Positions 13,620 through 25,584 of a stretch of DNA of 38,704 nucleotides are shown in pieces (position 1 is the first letter of the stretch; every line of letters starts with the position of its first letter). Under the pieces are notes generated by a model. It did no database searches. It saw nothing but the letters and a program-made list of their open reading frames with translations, and was not told the DNA's origin. The stretch is from the NCBI GenBank assembly GCA_011109175.1, contig RDEW01000069.1:1-38704 (forward strand), given 5' to 3'. Origin of the DNA: Dicyema japonicum. Lineage: Eukaryota; Animalia; Dicyemida. A program made the translations under genes and the position numbers.

Positions 13620-14403
13620 ATTCCAAAGACCACTGTTAAACCGAAAAACTAAACTAAGTGATCCCGACGAATTGGATCAAGGCTCTCATTTTTGCTCGGT
13701 GTTGATCCCTTGAGCCTACACAAGTTCGTTGCTGGCGAGCACTTCCTCTTTGGCATTTGTGTCCATATTTGTTTTTTTCGATTAGTTTCTCCATGGGCGT
13801 CTGTGATTTACTGTTTTCCCCTGTATACCATCTCTCGGTTAGTTTGAAGGCCCTTTTCTGAGTAGCAGAGATTTTCTGTATGTTCGTATAAGAAGCCAGT
13901 GGTCCCCATGAAGTACGCGCATATGAAATGCATGGTTCGGTGTACTGTGAGTTGAGCGTTTTAAGTATAGGGTAATGTCCAATTTTCCATTGACCTGTTA
14001 GGCATTTCAGAAGGTTGATTTTCTTCTCACATTTGTTCAGCACGTTAGTGACGTGTCTCGAAAAGTTCATGTGCATATCGAAAGTCAGACCCGATATTTT
14101 TTGCCATTTTCTGAACGGCAATGCTCTTACCTCCACAGTAACTTCTATTGTCCTGCTCGACAATCTGTTGTCAGAGGTATAGAGAGTTGTAACAAAATTT
14201 TCGGTATTGATTGACATTAAGCCACTCGAATAGTCGATCCATGTGGTGTTGTATTCTTTCCGTCGCTGTTTGGGTGTTGTGATCCCGTGAGGCTAAGACG
14301 ATATCGTCTGCATAAGCCAGAAGCAGGTCGTCTTCTCCATTCGGTGTCGAATGTCAGCTGTAAATAGGTTGAATATTAATGGTGATAGTGGCAACCCTGG
14401 GGG
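13620..14403 (-). pseudogene. 5'-truncated LINE RT 3' part (GIT-ending family)
   Basis: PQGCHYHH/PLIFNLFTADI, LLLAYADDIVLAS, GLTFD and RTCVGSRDQHRAKMRALIQFVGIT*, plus the family 3' UTR. Confidence 0.9.
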
Positions 14404-14504
14404 GCTTATTTTTTTAAAAGTCCTATTAAAAAGTTGCACGTTATATTATTTAATTATTTAAAATAAATTTTTTTAAATGACATTTATTTAACAAAAAAAA
14501 ATGT

Positions 14505-14765
14505 TAGTTGAGGAAGCCGGCTGCGTGGATCGAGAACGAGTTCCCTCGGAGTATGGCCATTCCAATCTTTTGTCTCAGCCATAACCCTTCTTGTTGGTCT
14601 CTTTTCTTTCTGGCAAGCACTCCTCAGAGTTCGCGAAAGAACTCAGCCGTCATTGGACCAACGGCTCCCGATGACTCGGCCGCAACAGGAGAAAATCGGT
14701 AGCGGTCTCCGAGGCATGAATATTTCTTGATTTTTTAGGTTTTCCGCGGTCGAAGCAGCTGCTCC
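14505..14765 (-). mobile_element. CRE 3' fragment (C-terminal part of the RLE domain)
   Basis: AASTAE..K.KKYSCLGDRYRFSPVAAESSGAVGPMTAEFFREL...LRQKIGMAILRGNSFSIHAAGFLN*. Confidence 0.85.
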
Positions 14766-15169
14766 AAATAAATTTAATTAATAATAAAAATATGTCATAA
14801 TTAAAAATATGTTATTCAAAAATATTCCTCGTTGATAAAAATTGGCCTATAGGATTCTATAGTTTGTGGCTGATATTTTAATACTTACTACTAAATGCAT
14901 GGTTTGTTTGTATCACTACAGTCAATAATAAAGCATTAACACTCAAATGCAAACTCGATTCCACGCACAAAATTCACACAGGCCTTCTACGCCGTCATAA
15001 AGGGCAGTTTTATATAATGAATCGAAAAACTCGAAGACTACGGTAAACCACTAACTAATCGAGTGGACCCGGCACATTGTGTTGAAATTCAACCATAAAT
15101 TACAAAATCATAAAGTTCATGAATAAAATAGTATTTGTTCGTTTTCAAACAATTTTCAGCGAAACACGT

Positions 15170-15860
15170 AGTTATCGGATAGTAAGGGTGTTGACACTCA
15201 AAGAAATCCCGTAAAGGTTATTATTCACAGGGTAACAAATAGTGAGCCTGATTAAAAAACTTAAGCAGTTAGTCCGTGGCAAGTCTTTCAAGTAGCTCTC
15301 CTGATCTTCATACTGCACACAAGTTCTCTTAATTCGGCCGTTTTTAGTTTTCTTCCAATGCCTTTTTAAGGCACAAATAGAGTTGTCCCGAGTCTCTCTA
15401 GGAAAAATCTTCATTGTTCCATTAATATATTCTTACATCTCACGAATCGCTAATGCTCCCATGTCCATCAGACTACATCTTCCATATCCTCCTAGAGCGA
15501 ACAGTTATGTATTTTCTAAGTCTCGTAAGATATACTCTCTCCACGGCTGAATGATGTAAACTCCGTTTTATCAGTGTAATCTTCAAGAAACATAATTGAA
15601 TATAAACGGAAGACATTCGGATACGCAGTGGAGACATTCAACGTCAGATACAAAATCCAAACAGTGTCTCCTTGAGGAACTCCTCAAGTGGTTTAAAAAA
15701 AGTTGGAGATAGAATAGTATCTTCTAGCAGCAAGGAGATTATTATAACTTCATCTGAGAAAGGTTTTCAAAATTTTAATGAGTATGCCTCCGTGGACAGA
15801 ATCAAATGCACGAGACATTTCGATACAAGAACTTAATATATTTCTTGTATTTTTGCCATA
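15170..15860 (-). pseudogene. Degenerate RTE-like RT fragment
   Basis: IEMSRAFDSVHGGILIKIL, GVPQGD and a YP..NNNLY....LS...IR thumb-like block. Confidence 0.6.
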
Positions 15861-15937
15861 AAGCTCCAGGCAACCTTTTGCGTCCAGAGTTGGTAGGCCA
15901 CCCTTCTGAAGATCGCAGAAAGGTAGGGAAAGTCGAA

Positions 15938-16002
15938 CGGTTCTCTTCCATGCAGAACTTGCACTGAGCGCCACTACAACAACAGGTGAACCGCATGACG
16001 CC
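15938..16002 (-). ncRNA. HDV-like ribozyme remnant (retroelement 5' head), probably inactive
   Basis: GGCGTC-ATG-CGGTTC-ACC...AGT-GGCGCT...TGCA(agttc)TGCA...GAACCG. P1, P2 and P4 pair; no C is seen in J4/2. Confidence 0.55.
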
Positions 16003-16249
16003 ACGTTTTAATTCATCCAGATTTATTTATTAAGATGCCAGCATATGTGGTGAAATGAAAGTATTTTTGAAATCTATATTTTTCTATTAATAATTTTTAA
16101 TTAATTAAATTATTTAAAAGTTATTTTAATGATTTTCGAAACTGATGTAGGTAGAGACTAGTTGACATTTCTTTCTAGGTAGAGAAAAATATGTCAATTG
16201 TCTTGTTGGAACATTAAAGAATCCTCGAAAAATTTTAATTGATTGTATT

Positions 16250-16533
16250 AAAGAAAATCGAGGACGTTCAAAAGAAGGCTTTCTGAATGACGGAGCGGTG
16301 GTCTTGTGGGAGACACAGAACTGGACCGACTACTCTGGAGGCCCTCATTAAACAAAACTCCGGCATGCGGGAATGTGGCTTTGCAAATACAGTCAGCCGC
16401 CCAGTACGAGCTTGTGTAGGTACGAGGTAGGAGCACAGGGAAAGAATGAGGATTTTGTCGGAACGCATCGGGATCACGTGATAGTTAGTTTTGGTTTTAC
16501 CGTGGTTTTGGGTGCTAAATAATAATAATAAAT
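16250..16533 (+). mobile_element. LINE 3' end (GIT-ending family)
   Basis: VQKKAF*MTERWSCGRHRTGPTTLEALI...RPVRACVGTR*EHRERMRILSERIGIT*, then UTR ttggttttaccgtggttttggg and a (TAA)n tail; homologous to 31240-31540. Confidence 0.85.
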
Positions 16534-17049
16534 TCCAATTGATTCATCCCATAATTCCGCTATTATATGCCAAATTATTGATGTTATTGCGAGAATTTAT
16601 ATTTGCTCATTCTATTCAGCTATCATGTTTTTCTCGAAAGAATAAAGCATATTAATGGGATGAATATAAAAACCACTAACATCACTTTTATGGAATAGGA
16701 TTGTGTCAACGTATTTACGAAAATCCAAAAGATAATAATTGAGTTAAAGGACAAGTTCTCGTATTATCAGGTTTTTTTGTTCGTCTTCGATCTCTGGCCG
16801 AGAACATTGCCATATTGCACTATTTCAATATCTCCTCCAGAGGCAGTAACCTCATGATCACCCCCGACGGAACTCCATATGAAGGTCTGAAAAGATGTCT
16901 TTTATTATGCACTTGTAGACTACCATTCGATGTGTCACATCTCAAGATTTTAGCGACGGCAGGAAACCTGTTCACCCCCATACGCTCTTCAGCTGCTTCT
17001 TGACAAGTGCTCATTACAATTCTCTCCATGGAAGGACACACTCCATCTC

Positions 17050-17280
17050 CACTGCAGTACCTTATCCGGGACATTTTAATAAAAACTCGCCATGTGTCCC
17101 TCGTTCCCACAGTTCATTCACTGGACAGACCTTTCCTTGGACTGGCAGACCTTGAGTGAATATGAACCCTCTCAAGAAATGCATTTCTATTTCTAAGTGC
17201 GTCGAATACTCGTAGTCAGATCTTCGTGACCTTTAGCGTTGGATAGCTACAGATCGATCCTGAACCGCACCAAATCTAAA
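17050..17280 (-). mobile_element. Jockey/I-type gag (ORF1) zinc-knuckle fragment
   Basis: KCIS*EGSYSLKVCQSKERSVQ*MNCGNEGHMASF, decayed tandem CCHC knuckles. Confidence 0.5.
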
Positions 17281-17299
17281 CTTCTCTAACTTTGTCATG

Positions 17300-17560
17300 G
17301 AAGTTTGCTAAAACATGTTGAAGTGGAAAAACTCCACAAATACGACCTTCTGGCAAGAAAACTAGGACAAATTCAAGGCCAAGGTGACAATAATTCCAAT
17401 TGTTTTGACATGGATGGAGTAGTAACAAAGTACTACAAGTCCTATTTGGAATGACTCAACGTGGATGTCTTTACAAGGGCGTCATCCAATCAATGACGAT
17501 TAAAAAACTTTAGAGAGCATGATAATCGAGCATAGGCATGATAATAAAGTTGATAACTAT
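17300..17560 (+). mobile_element. R4/Dong-like RLE element 3' end
   Basis: LKHVEVEKLHKYDLLARKLG..AKVTIIPIVLTW.DGVVTKYYKSYL...IQSMTIKK.LESMIIEHRH; same family as 12150-13440. Confidence 0.8.
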
Positions 17561-18389
17561 GATGAGGTTACAAGAGTGACTAATCATCTTATCGCAAGAG
17601 ACTCTGAACTCGGAGGTGACGTCGAAAAGGAACCAGAAGAAACAGCTGTTTTGTCTAATGATTCGCCTTCTCAAGTGGTATACGAGGGAAACAGTGATGC
17701 TGGTACAAGGGGCCAATGCCCAAAGAGGAGAATTCAGCTTGTATATTAGTGTTAATTAATTACGATTTAATTTCTTCGATAATAATAGTTCAGAATAAAA
17801 AATATTTAAAATCAAAAAATTATGTTTTATTTAATGGACTCATAAATCGTTGTTAGTCGTATTCCTTTGAATTCACACCTCTTATTATTATTAAAATGCA
17901 CTCCCGAGAAAACATAAAATTAGTTAAGTTTCCCTTGTGCCGTATTCAGAATCATCCTCTCCGTCAGCTCCGACCATGATCTTCCGTTGCGCATTAGTTC
18001 TCTAGGTCGTCCATGTGTCCGCCATTTCCATTATAATGTCAGATGCTACCCACACTATTGTAACACAACGAATCAGATCCTGATGGACTGAAAATCCGAA
18101 ACACTAATGTCGGCAGACCAGTGGAAGGGTAAAAAAGTGGAATCTGACAAACAGTTCTGTTGATTGTACGGTCGTTTTTGTCTCTTGTAACAGCAGACAA
18201 ATATGTCATATTTTGTTAGATCGCATGCCAGTTGGTGTTTCTGTAAGGTTGTTTAAGTCTTCTGCAATTAAAAAATCCCAGGGTGAACGTAGAAGTCGGA
18301 AGACATTGTGCAATAGAGGCGTCGTCACCACCTCAACCAAAACTCATACCTCTCAATTGTATATAAATTTTTCAATGTTCCAGATTGTG

Positions 18390-18900
18390 TAGTGGTCCTC
18401 ACTTTCGATTGCTTCACGTCTTTTCTATCTATAAATGAAATTGTTCTAAAGGGGAAAGATTGAAAAGAGTCCAGTTTCACCCATGTTTAGAATACGTCAA
18501 GGTCAACTTTTAACTTAATCATATTTTGTCCATTCAAATTCATTTCATCCTTTGTAAGCTGTTGGCATCTCCACGAAAAACTTTTAGTTTAAGATTAAAT
18601 TTACTTTAAATCTGTGTAGCCTCTACTAAATTCAAGATCATTAATTCCAAGCTTTTCATCAAATACATTAGCTTTTGTAATTGTGATATCTTCAGTTATA
18701 GACCATTGATTGAACCCATCCCTGAATTCCATTCAACAAATAAATTATCAAATTGATGATGTTTATAACTGTTTTGACCTGTTAATCATAGTTTCACGGT
18801 TTTCCCATTTTCAGGATTTTCTGAAAGTGTCGAAATTCCTAATAATGTATTTTTTTTATTTCTCAAATCTTTCTTTTCTGTACAATAGAAATTTCGGTCC
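18390..18900 (-). mobile_element. pogo/Tigger (CENP-B-like) transposase fragment
   Basis: FDNLFVEW...ITKANVFDEKLGINDLEFSRG (HTH_Tnp_Tc5-like) and NMGETGLF..FPFRTISF.......SKVRTT (cf. IFNxDETGLF...P.RT...SK.R.T). Confidence 0.75.
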
Positions 18901-18989
18901 TCTTTAGACCATGTGGCAGTGTAAGAATTTAAATTTAAAATTTAAATTAATTAAAACGTAGAATAAAAAGAAAATAAATTAATTTGAAA

Positions 18990-19740
18990 TTATTAATAAA
19001 TGCCTTTCAGATTGAAGTTTCGGTTTATTGAAGTCACTTTGTATGGAATCTTCGTCACTTTGTACTTTCCTCTGCTTCCCAGCCCATGTGGAATCTATCA
19101 TATCAACCTGTGCAAAGAAGATAAATTTTGTAAAGGCCTTCCTTTGGAACTGTGGAGGAATTTATCCGCCAGGTATCGGGACCCTCTACAAGCAGTATGT
19201 CGAGCCAACAATAGGCTATGCATGTGCTGCATGGGGATCTAACCTGTCGGCAACGAACCTAACAAAAATTCAAGATATCCAGTCAAGAGCAAAAAAATTA
19301 CTAGAAAAATATACAGATAAAGAAATTGCCCCCAGAGCACTCGAGTCTATCATAGAGGCAACTGGAGGCAATTTCAGAAGAGGAAAGGAAAAAGACCCCC
19401 GTCCGTATAGAAAATGCGTGGGATCACAGTCGGAGCATCGAGAAAAAATGGCCCGATTATTGAGAGATGCCGGGATCACCTGAATATTAGTTATTGGTTA
19501 AGACGGTGTTTCTTTGGCTTAAATAATAATAATAATAATAATCATCGTAAAAAATTGTCGACTCATCAAAAAATTCGGATTATAAATTAATCCGAAATTA
19601 TTAATAAATGTCTTTCGGATTGCGGATAATGAAGTTTCGGTTTGTTGAAGCCTTATTTTTATGGAATATTAGTAAAAAATTGGCGACTCATCAAAAAATT
19701 CGGATTATTGAAGTTCGGATTAATGGGGGTTTACTGTATA
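18990..19740. mobile_element. Tigger/pogo-type MITE end with tandem subterminal units, interrupted by a LINE
   Basis: The reverse complement of the right end reads TA-CAGTAAACCCCCATTAATCCGAAC. The unit ttaataaatg.ctttc.gattg...gactcatcaaaaaattcggatta occurs twice, and the first copy is split by the LINE at 19056-19539. Confidence 0.6.
19056..19543 (+). mobile_element. Recent 5'-truncated copy of the 26000-29027 LINE
   Basis: Near-identical to the reverse complement of 26000-26480, with a (TAA)n tail and an imperfect 9 bp TSD (aatcttcgt / aatcatcgt). Confidence 0.95.
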
Positions 19741-19849
19741 TGTTTTCGCTACGGGGATGTCTTGTTCAGTGTTTTCAACTAGTATTTGTTAACTTTGTTA
19801 TCAGAATGAAGGATATTCACGAAACCTGGCTTGTACACCAAAACATGCT

Positions 19850-20283
19850 CTCTGGCCTTCTGACTCAACACGTCTGATAACATCGGACAGTCGTGGGTTC
19901 GAATCCCAAAGATGGTGTTTTAGCAAAGGTAAATTCTCGTCAAACAGATCCCACCAATGAGGCACAAGTCTTTCTGGCACGACAAAGTTGTTGAAAGGGA
20001 TCTTATTACCTGTTCACTTACCAAATACACTGGATAAGACTATCCATTATGAAAACTATTCAACTAAAGAATTAAGTGATGTCCGCGGCGGTAGGACGTG
20101 TGATGAAATGGAAGAGACTTGACCTACTTCTCCACCTTTCTTCGAAAGTAGAAGCCTGTAATGGATTATTTGGAAGATGGATTTCGTCGGCACAAGCAGA
20201 CATTTTCTCTTGGGTTCCTTGCTTGGATTAATCAGTTGTGACCATTTGTGCTGGACTTGTAAGCCTGGGGTTAATAAATAATT
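19850..20283 (+). mobile_element. Putative tRNA-derived SINE (~430 bp)
   Basis: Pol III B-box GGTTCGAATCC at 19896-19906. The 5' body matches 25860-25985 (minus) and the 3' body matches 10490-10705. It ends ggggttaataaataat. Confidence 0.6.
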
Positions 20284-20700
20284 AACATGCTTTCTAGCGT
20301 TTTCCTCAACGTGACTGAATACTTAGTATTCGAAAATCTCTTTTTTTAACACGGTGTTATATCTTGGGTGTCTTTAGGATTTCTAAGAAAGATTCCGCAG
20401 AGTAGGCTGTCTGGAACGTTGGACATTGTTTTCAAATCAGTTTGATCCCTACGTCTTGCAGTAACCTCTTCACCTTTGCCGCTGTTCTTAGGTATTCCCT
20501 GTTTCTTTTATATGCTCTTGTCCCTGGCAATAAATGAAGTCTGAAGTCTTCACGTAAGAATCCAATAATTATAATGAAGACTAACTCGAGATAACTAATT
20601 TAAAGACATCATCTTTTAATGTCCATAGAATAACGAAGTCAGAAATTGTATGATATGCGAGCGTATCGACTTTCTTAAAATCTACGGAGAACTCGGACTT

Positions 20701-20922
20701 AATTTTCCAACATGAACGAAGTAACGTCCCCTTTACACATCTAACTCAGCGCTCCTCAACGTGGTCATCAGAATTTTATATGAGGAATACGATTTGATGT
20801 ATTCGAATTCAATTTTTCCAACATGAACGAAGTAACGTCCCCTTTACACATCTAACTCAGCGTTCCTCAACGTGGTCACCAGAATTTAATATGAGGAATA
20901 CGATTTGATGTATTCGAATTCA
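20701..20922. repeat. Two-copy ~110 bp tandem duplication
   Basis: aattttccaacatgaacgaagtaacg...gatgtattcgaattc repeated with a few substitutions. Confidence 0.9.
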
Positions 20923-22070
20923 ATTGTCCTCACTATGGACTTAGTTTTGCCTTGCATGAGGATAAGACCGTTGTCTAGAAACATGCAATGGCTGGAAGAA
21001 TATCACGCTTCCTTCAATCAAGTTTCACAAGATCTTCCCGTACGAGATCATGAGGGTAACTCCCATAGCCTGCAGCCATAACGGAAAAAAGTAATAAAAA
21101 CTAACTTTATTTTAATAATTGACTATCCCCCATATTCTGAATAAGAAACTATAGGAGATAGTTGGAGGCACCACTAAGCTGCACGAGCTTGATCCCCATC
21201 CTGCTTTCCCCTAAAAAATTATCTATTCCATCCGAAATTAATGTTTTTGCAAGTTCCTCTCCCTGTTACCTCTTTTCGGAAAACCTGGAGATTTTCAAAA
21301 AAACTTATTATCAAGTCTAGTGAAGAGATTGCAAATCCAACTAACTATGCATCGTTTTTAACTCTGAATAAAGATTTAATCTCCTCACAAACTCTGTTAA
21401 GTTATCGCGTATCACGTAAGATCTCCTCATGACACTCAGTAAATATGTCATCTCCTCCAAACTATCTTCAGCGATCCGAAGATACACGTTACAAGGACCA
21501 TCTACAAAACGAAGGAACCTATTCATTCCGAGTGAATCTCCTCAAGACAAATAAACTTATTACTAACGAAGGAACCCGTTACATGGAACCCATTATACTG
21601 TGGATAAGCATATCACAAATCGGAAGGATTATTCACAATTACGAAGAAACCTATTGAAAGCGCAGTAGACGAAGAGTCAAAATCTCTGGATATTCTCCAA
21701 GTTGGACCTGGTGCCACAACAATTGAATCCCTACATTCGAACCCGGGTCTACACGGAACTTTGTCATCATGCGGACTTTGATCCCTACAGGACCTGGGAC
21801 TATCGTAGATGTACATACTATAGTTGAGACCTACCGAAGGGTACCCATACCAAATGTTCCCTACATTCGTATTGGGTTCTGCGCAAGACTTTGTTAACCA
21901 CATTATTGGTCCCTAGAAGGCGGCTTGGGACTACTGTGGAAAAAAACATACTGGGAAAGGGACCTACTAAGGGAGAATTAACTGGAGATGGGCTTACTAG
22001 CTTTGTACCTACTACGCTCTGGATATAAGGGCAGGATTCATGGGATCCAACACTAGGACGAAATTCAACC

Positions 22071-22116
22071 AACGATAGAAGATAACTAAATGGAGTGTGG
22101 ATACATCGGAAGTGTC
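22071..22116 (+). mobile_element. 3' end copy of the jockey/I-type LINE running into the gap
   Basis: acgatagaagataactaaatggagtgtggatacatcggaagtgtc is the reverse complement of 33501-33545. Confidence 0.85.
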
Positions 22117-22528
22117 NNNNNNNNNNNNNNNNNNNNNNNNNNNNNNNNNNNNNNNNNNNNNNNNNNNNNNNNNNNNNNNNNNNNNNNNNNNNNNNNNNNN
22201 NNNNNNNNNNNNNNNNNNNNNNNNNNNNNNNNNNNNNNNNNNNNNNNNNNNNNNNNNNNNNNNNNNNNNNNNNNNNNNNNNNNNNNNNNNNNNNNNNNNN
22301 NNNNNNNNNNNNNNNNNNNNNNNNNNNNNNNNNNNNNNNNNNNNNNNNNNNNNNNNNNNNNNNNNNNNNNNNNNNNNNNNNNNNNNNNNNNNNNNNNNNN
22401 NNNNNNNNNNNNNNNNNNNNNNNNNNNNNNNNNNNNNNNNNNNNNNNNNNNNNNNNNNNNNNNNNNNNNNNNNNNNNNNNNNNNNNNNNNNNNNNNNNNN
22501 NNNNNNNNNNNNNNNNNNNNNNNNNNNN
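22117..22528. other. Assembly gap (412 N)
   Basis: Run of N. Confidence 1.
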
Positions 22529-24779
22529 TTTTTTTTATTTTAATAAATTTAAATATTATGATTTTAAATATTTTTATTTCACAAATCTTTACATAATATT
22601 AAGCACGTGTGAAATTATTACCAACAACTAGTTGAGGGTTCTCCCCTTGTCTCGATCAACCCCAAACAGGTCGTTACCAAATTAGTTCTCGCAGTAGAGG
22701 AGGTTGAAAAGATGATTTTAAAACTAAAGTCCATTTATTCAATAGTTCCAACGATATTCAAATTCCAGCATGTGTCCCTACGCAATCGGGGCCTTAACAT
22801 GGATATTCAACATGTCAATTAATCGGAACACTATGGCAAACTGTAAGTTTTCCGATCTCCCCCGATCATGAAGCATGGGAGATCACAGAATTCTGTTTTC
22901 TCTTACAGATTGATGTCTTATGTTCCTCGTAAAAAATTTTAAAAGCTTATTCTGAGCTACCAAAGCTGACAGAGAGGAATGGTCACGTCAAAATCTTCGG
23001 TGTCAGTCACTACCTTCGTCATTACTACTGTCACCTCAATATCTTGAAATAATCCTTGCATTCAGGGATCAATGCTCATAGACACAAGATCTGTTAGATC
23101 ACATTTGTAAGCTCTGTTAGATCGTTTAAGCATGTACTTAAAACCTTTCTGACCACAAGCTATGAACAATCACGCGCAACTCTATTCACGTCGAAAGAAA
23201 TCCCGTTGAAGTATTGTGAGTTGTCCAACTTACTTATGACTGGAACAACACGTGAACAATTTTTACTTTTTTACCATCAGAAACTCAACTTCATGAAAAT
23301 TTTCATTCAACAATACATAAGCTCTCTTCAACATCAGATTCTCTATATAATCAATACCACAAAAACAATCGTCAACTAATGTGGAATCACATGGAGTACG
23401 AATCTAAGAAAAACGTGCCTACAATAATCAAAGACTTCCACTCTACAGTAATTAGAACTCTCAAGAAGTTATTTTTCTTTACGGAAGACCTTACCTTCTT
23501 CTAATACTTTTGATTCCAAAAATTGAAGGAATTCTATTAATTACCTGATCGTCTATAACTAAAATTATATAGATTTTTCCAATAGAGCAACGAAGACTTG
23601 AATCAGTGGTATTGAAGGAAAAATCTGAACAATATGACAGTTATGCACAAACAAGGAGATAAGGGACCAAATTAAAAGTTAAGGTTTTCAATCAACCTGT
23701 GACTAATAAGAAGAAATCGTATTGGGTGTATTAAGATTGTTGACCAGATTGGAGGTAAGATTTAGTTTACAGTTACATTTGAGTTAGCCGCTTACGCACG
23801 TGAGACTAGGGGACTTATCCAGTTTATCTCTGCTGCAATTGTGACAGGCAACCCGATCTGCTTGATAAACTATTCATGTGCTGTGAACGAGAAACAGAGA
23901 CGTCTCAACGAATATTGGCTGGAAGGCAAACCGATCCCCAATGCGACGGTAATTCCCCCTTTTGGAATCTTCAAAGTACTCGATGAGGAACCACGTACAG
24001 CGTTCACTTGATTTTTGTTTGAAAAAGTTGAATCACAAGCAAGACACCTTCCTTGACTCCATTGCATTATAATTAAACATCCAGCATCTTTCCATCACCT
24101 CTGTCAAGTTCGACAGGTACCAGAAGGCAAATAAACCAGACATCTTCGATAGCCCTCATAACAATCTATGTTAGCATCTCCTCGCGAGGAAATCTCCTGA
24201 CGCTCCATCTTCATGGCAGTAGATGTAGTCCTTTACTATCAACATCCCACCACATCGATATCGGTGTTACATTGGCATTGGCGAAGAGCCACTCAAACAC
24301 TAATAGTTTCGCCATCAAACAGAGGACCAACTTCGAGAACCGGAAAAACCAGAACCCCGAATTCTCAGCAGAAGCGGCATTTAGACATGTGGGACGATGG
24401 GTATCTGCGGACCTTCCAAGTTCTTTTAGTTTTTTCCACAAAGGATTTCATCCCAGTCCTTTTGGGATGTAAAGTTATTCGGGACATCAAGCCCGTGTGC
24501 TCTCCATTGCAACACAACTGTGTTAAGCTAAGAAGTCAGAATCAATTCGGTGCAAAAACATGTGATTGACTCGGCCAAGGAGGGAAACTTACAAGGGTCG
24601 ACAGATATCAGATAATCGACAGAAGACCTCAAACCTGATGGGGATCTTTCTTTGAGACCAACGAATGCTATCAAAAAGATGTTGAAAATTTCTTCAGTTG
24701 TTATAATAAGTTCCTCCAGAGATTTGTGAAAACAACAGGAACTTGATAGTGAGAAAATTATCTAGGGAACAAAAATGTT

Positions 24780-25260
24780 ATTTTTCATTAAAAAAAACTC
24801 TATGCGATTCATGAGATTTAAGTTTTCCCGTCTCTCCATAAACTAGTTCTGTCTTCCACAGGACAAGGTGTAACAAACGAGAATAGCGATTTCTAGAGCG
24901 TCGATAATAAATGCATCTCCCCCAATCGTTCTATCGTCTAAGAACCATATATTTAGCGGTCAATATTAAGGGAAAGAGGTCCAAGGGGGTCAACTTGCTG
25001 CACACCAGTAGAAGAGTCAACAATGTGATCTCCTAGATAAGCGAACTTTTCATTCTCATTTTAGTAATTTCAGGCGCTAGTTTGCGCTCTCTAAATTATA
25101 TCTGGATAGTAAACAAGCATGTTGAATTCATGCGGGCCTTACTGCCGTGAGGGACACCAACTTACAGCTGGATTGGAAAATATTACTTGGGAGATATTGT
25201 AATCGACGCACCAACTATGTCCTCAAAAGTTGGAGAGCATGTTGTTGGAAATAGATACAG
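24780..25260 (-). mobile_element. CRE-type RT core fragment
   Basis: PIQL*VGVP, IDSSTGVQQVDPLGPL and PLNIWFLDDRTIGGDA (cf. GVQQGDPLGP / WYLDDGTIGG). Confidence 0.75.
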
Positions 25261-25584
25261 AGTATGCACTAGGAGTTGGTTGGTTACGAAGCCAATCACC
25301 TGGTAGAATTACCAACTCAGTTCGATGACCTGGCAGGCGATCCTGTTGAGGTTAAAACGGAAAGGTTTCAGGTCAACGACTTCTCTTCTAAAAAGAGAAA
25401 GATCTCTAAGTGAGTAGTAATGTTAATTTAATTTGGTTTTCCGTAAATTTTACGCCCTTCTAACTCAATCTTCTCTTCTTGGGGCCAATCCATATTGCCT
25501 TTATAGGCGTGTTCACGTCGATGCATACCCCACATTCAGAGACTACCTTAGGTTGACATTCCATGGAAAGTCCAAAATACTATT

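Noticed and set aside
20745-20885. cctcaacgtgg motif recalling the L1Tc ribozyme loop
   Set aside because: I could not find convincing P1/P2 partners, and it lies within a simple tandem duplication.
22090-22631. ORF-track entries spanning the gap
   Set aside because: They consist almost entirely of N.
21241-24100. Faint APE/RT-like traces (also at 34-720 and 17900-18330)
   Set aside because: Only isolated degenerate motifs (GDHRIL, LQETK, IMEDFFNH) are visible; too decayed to assign boundaries or a family.
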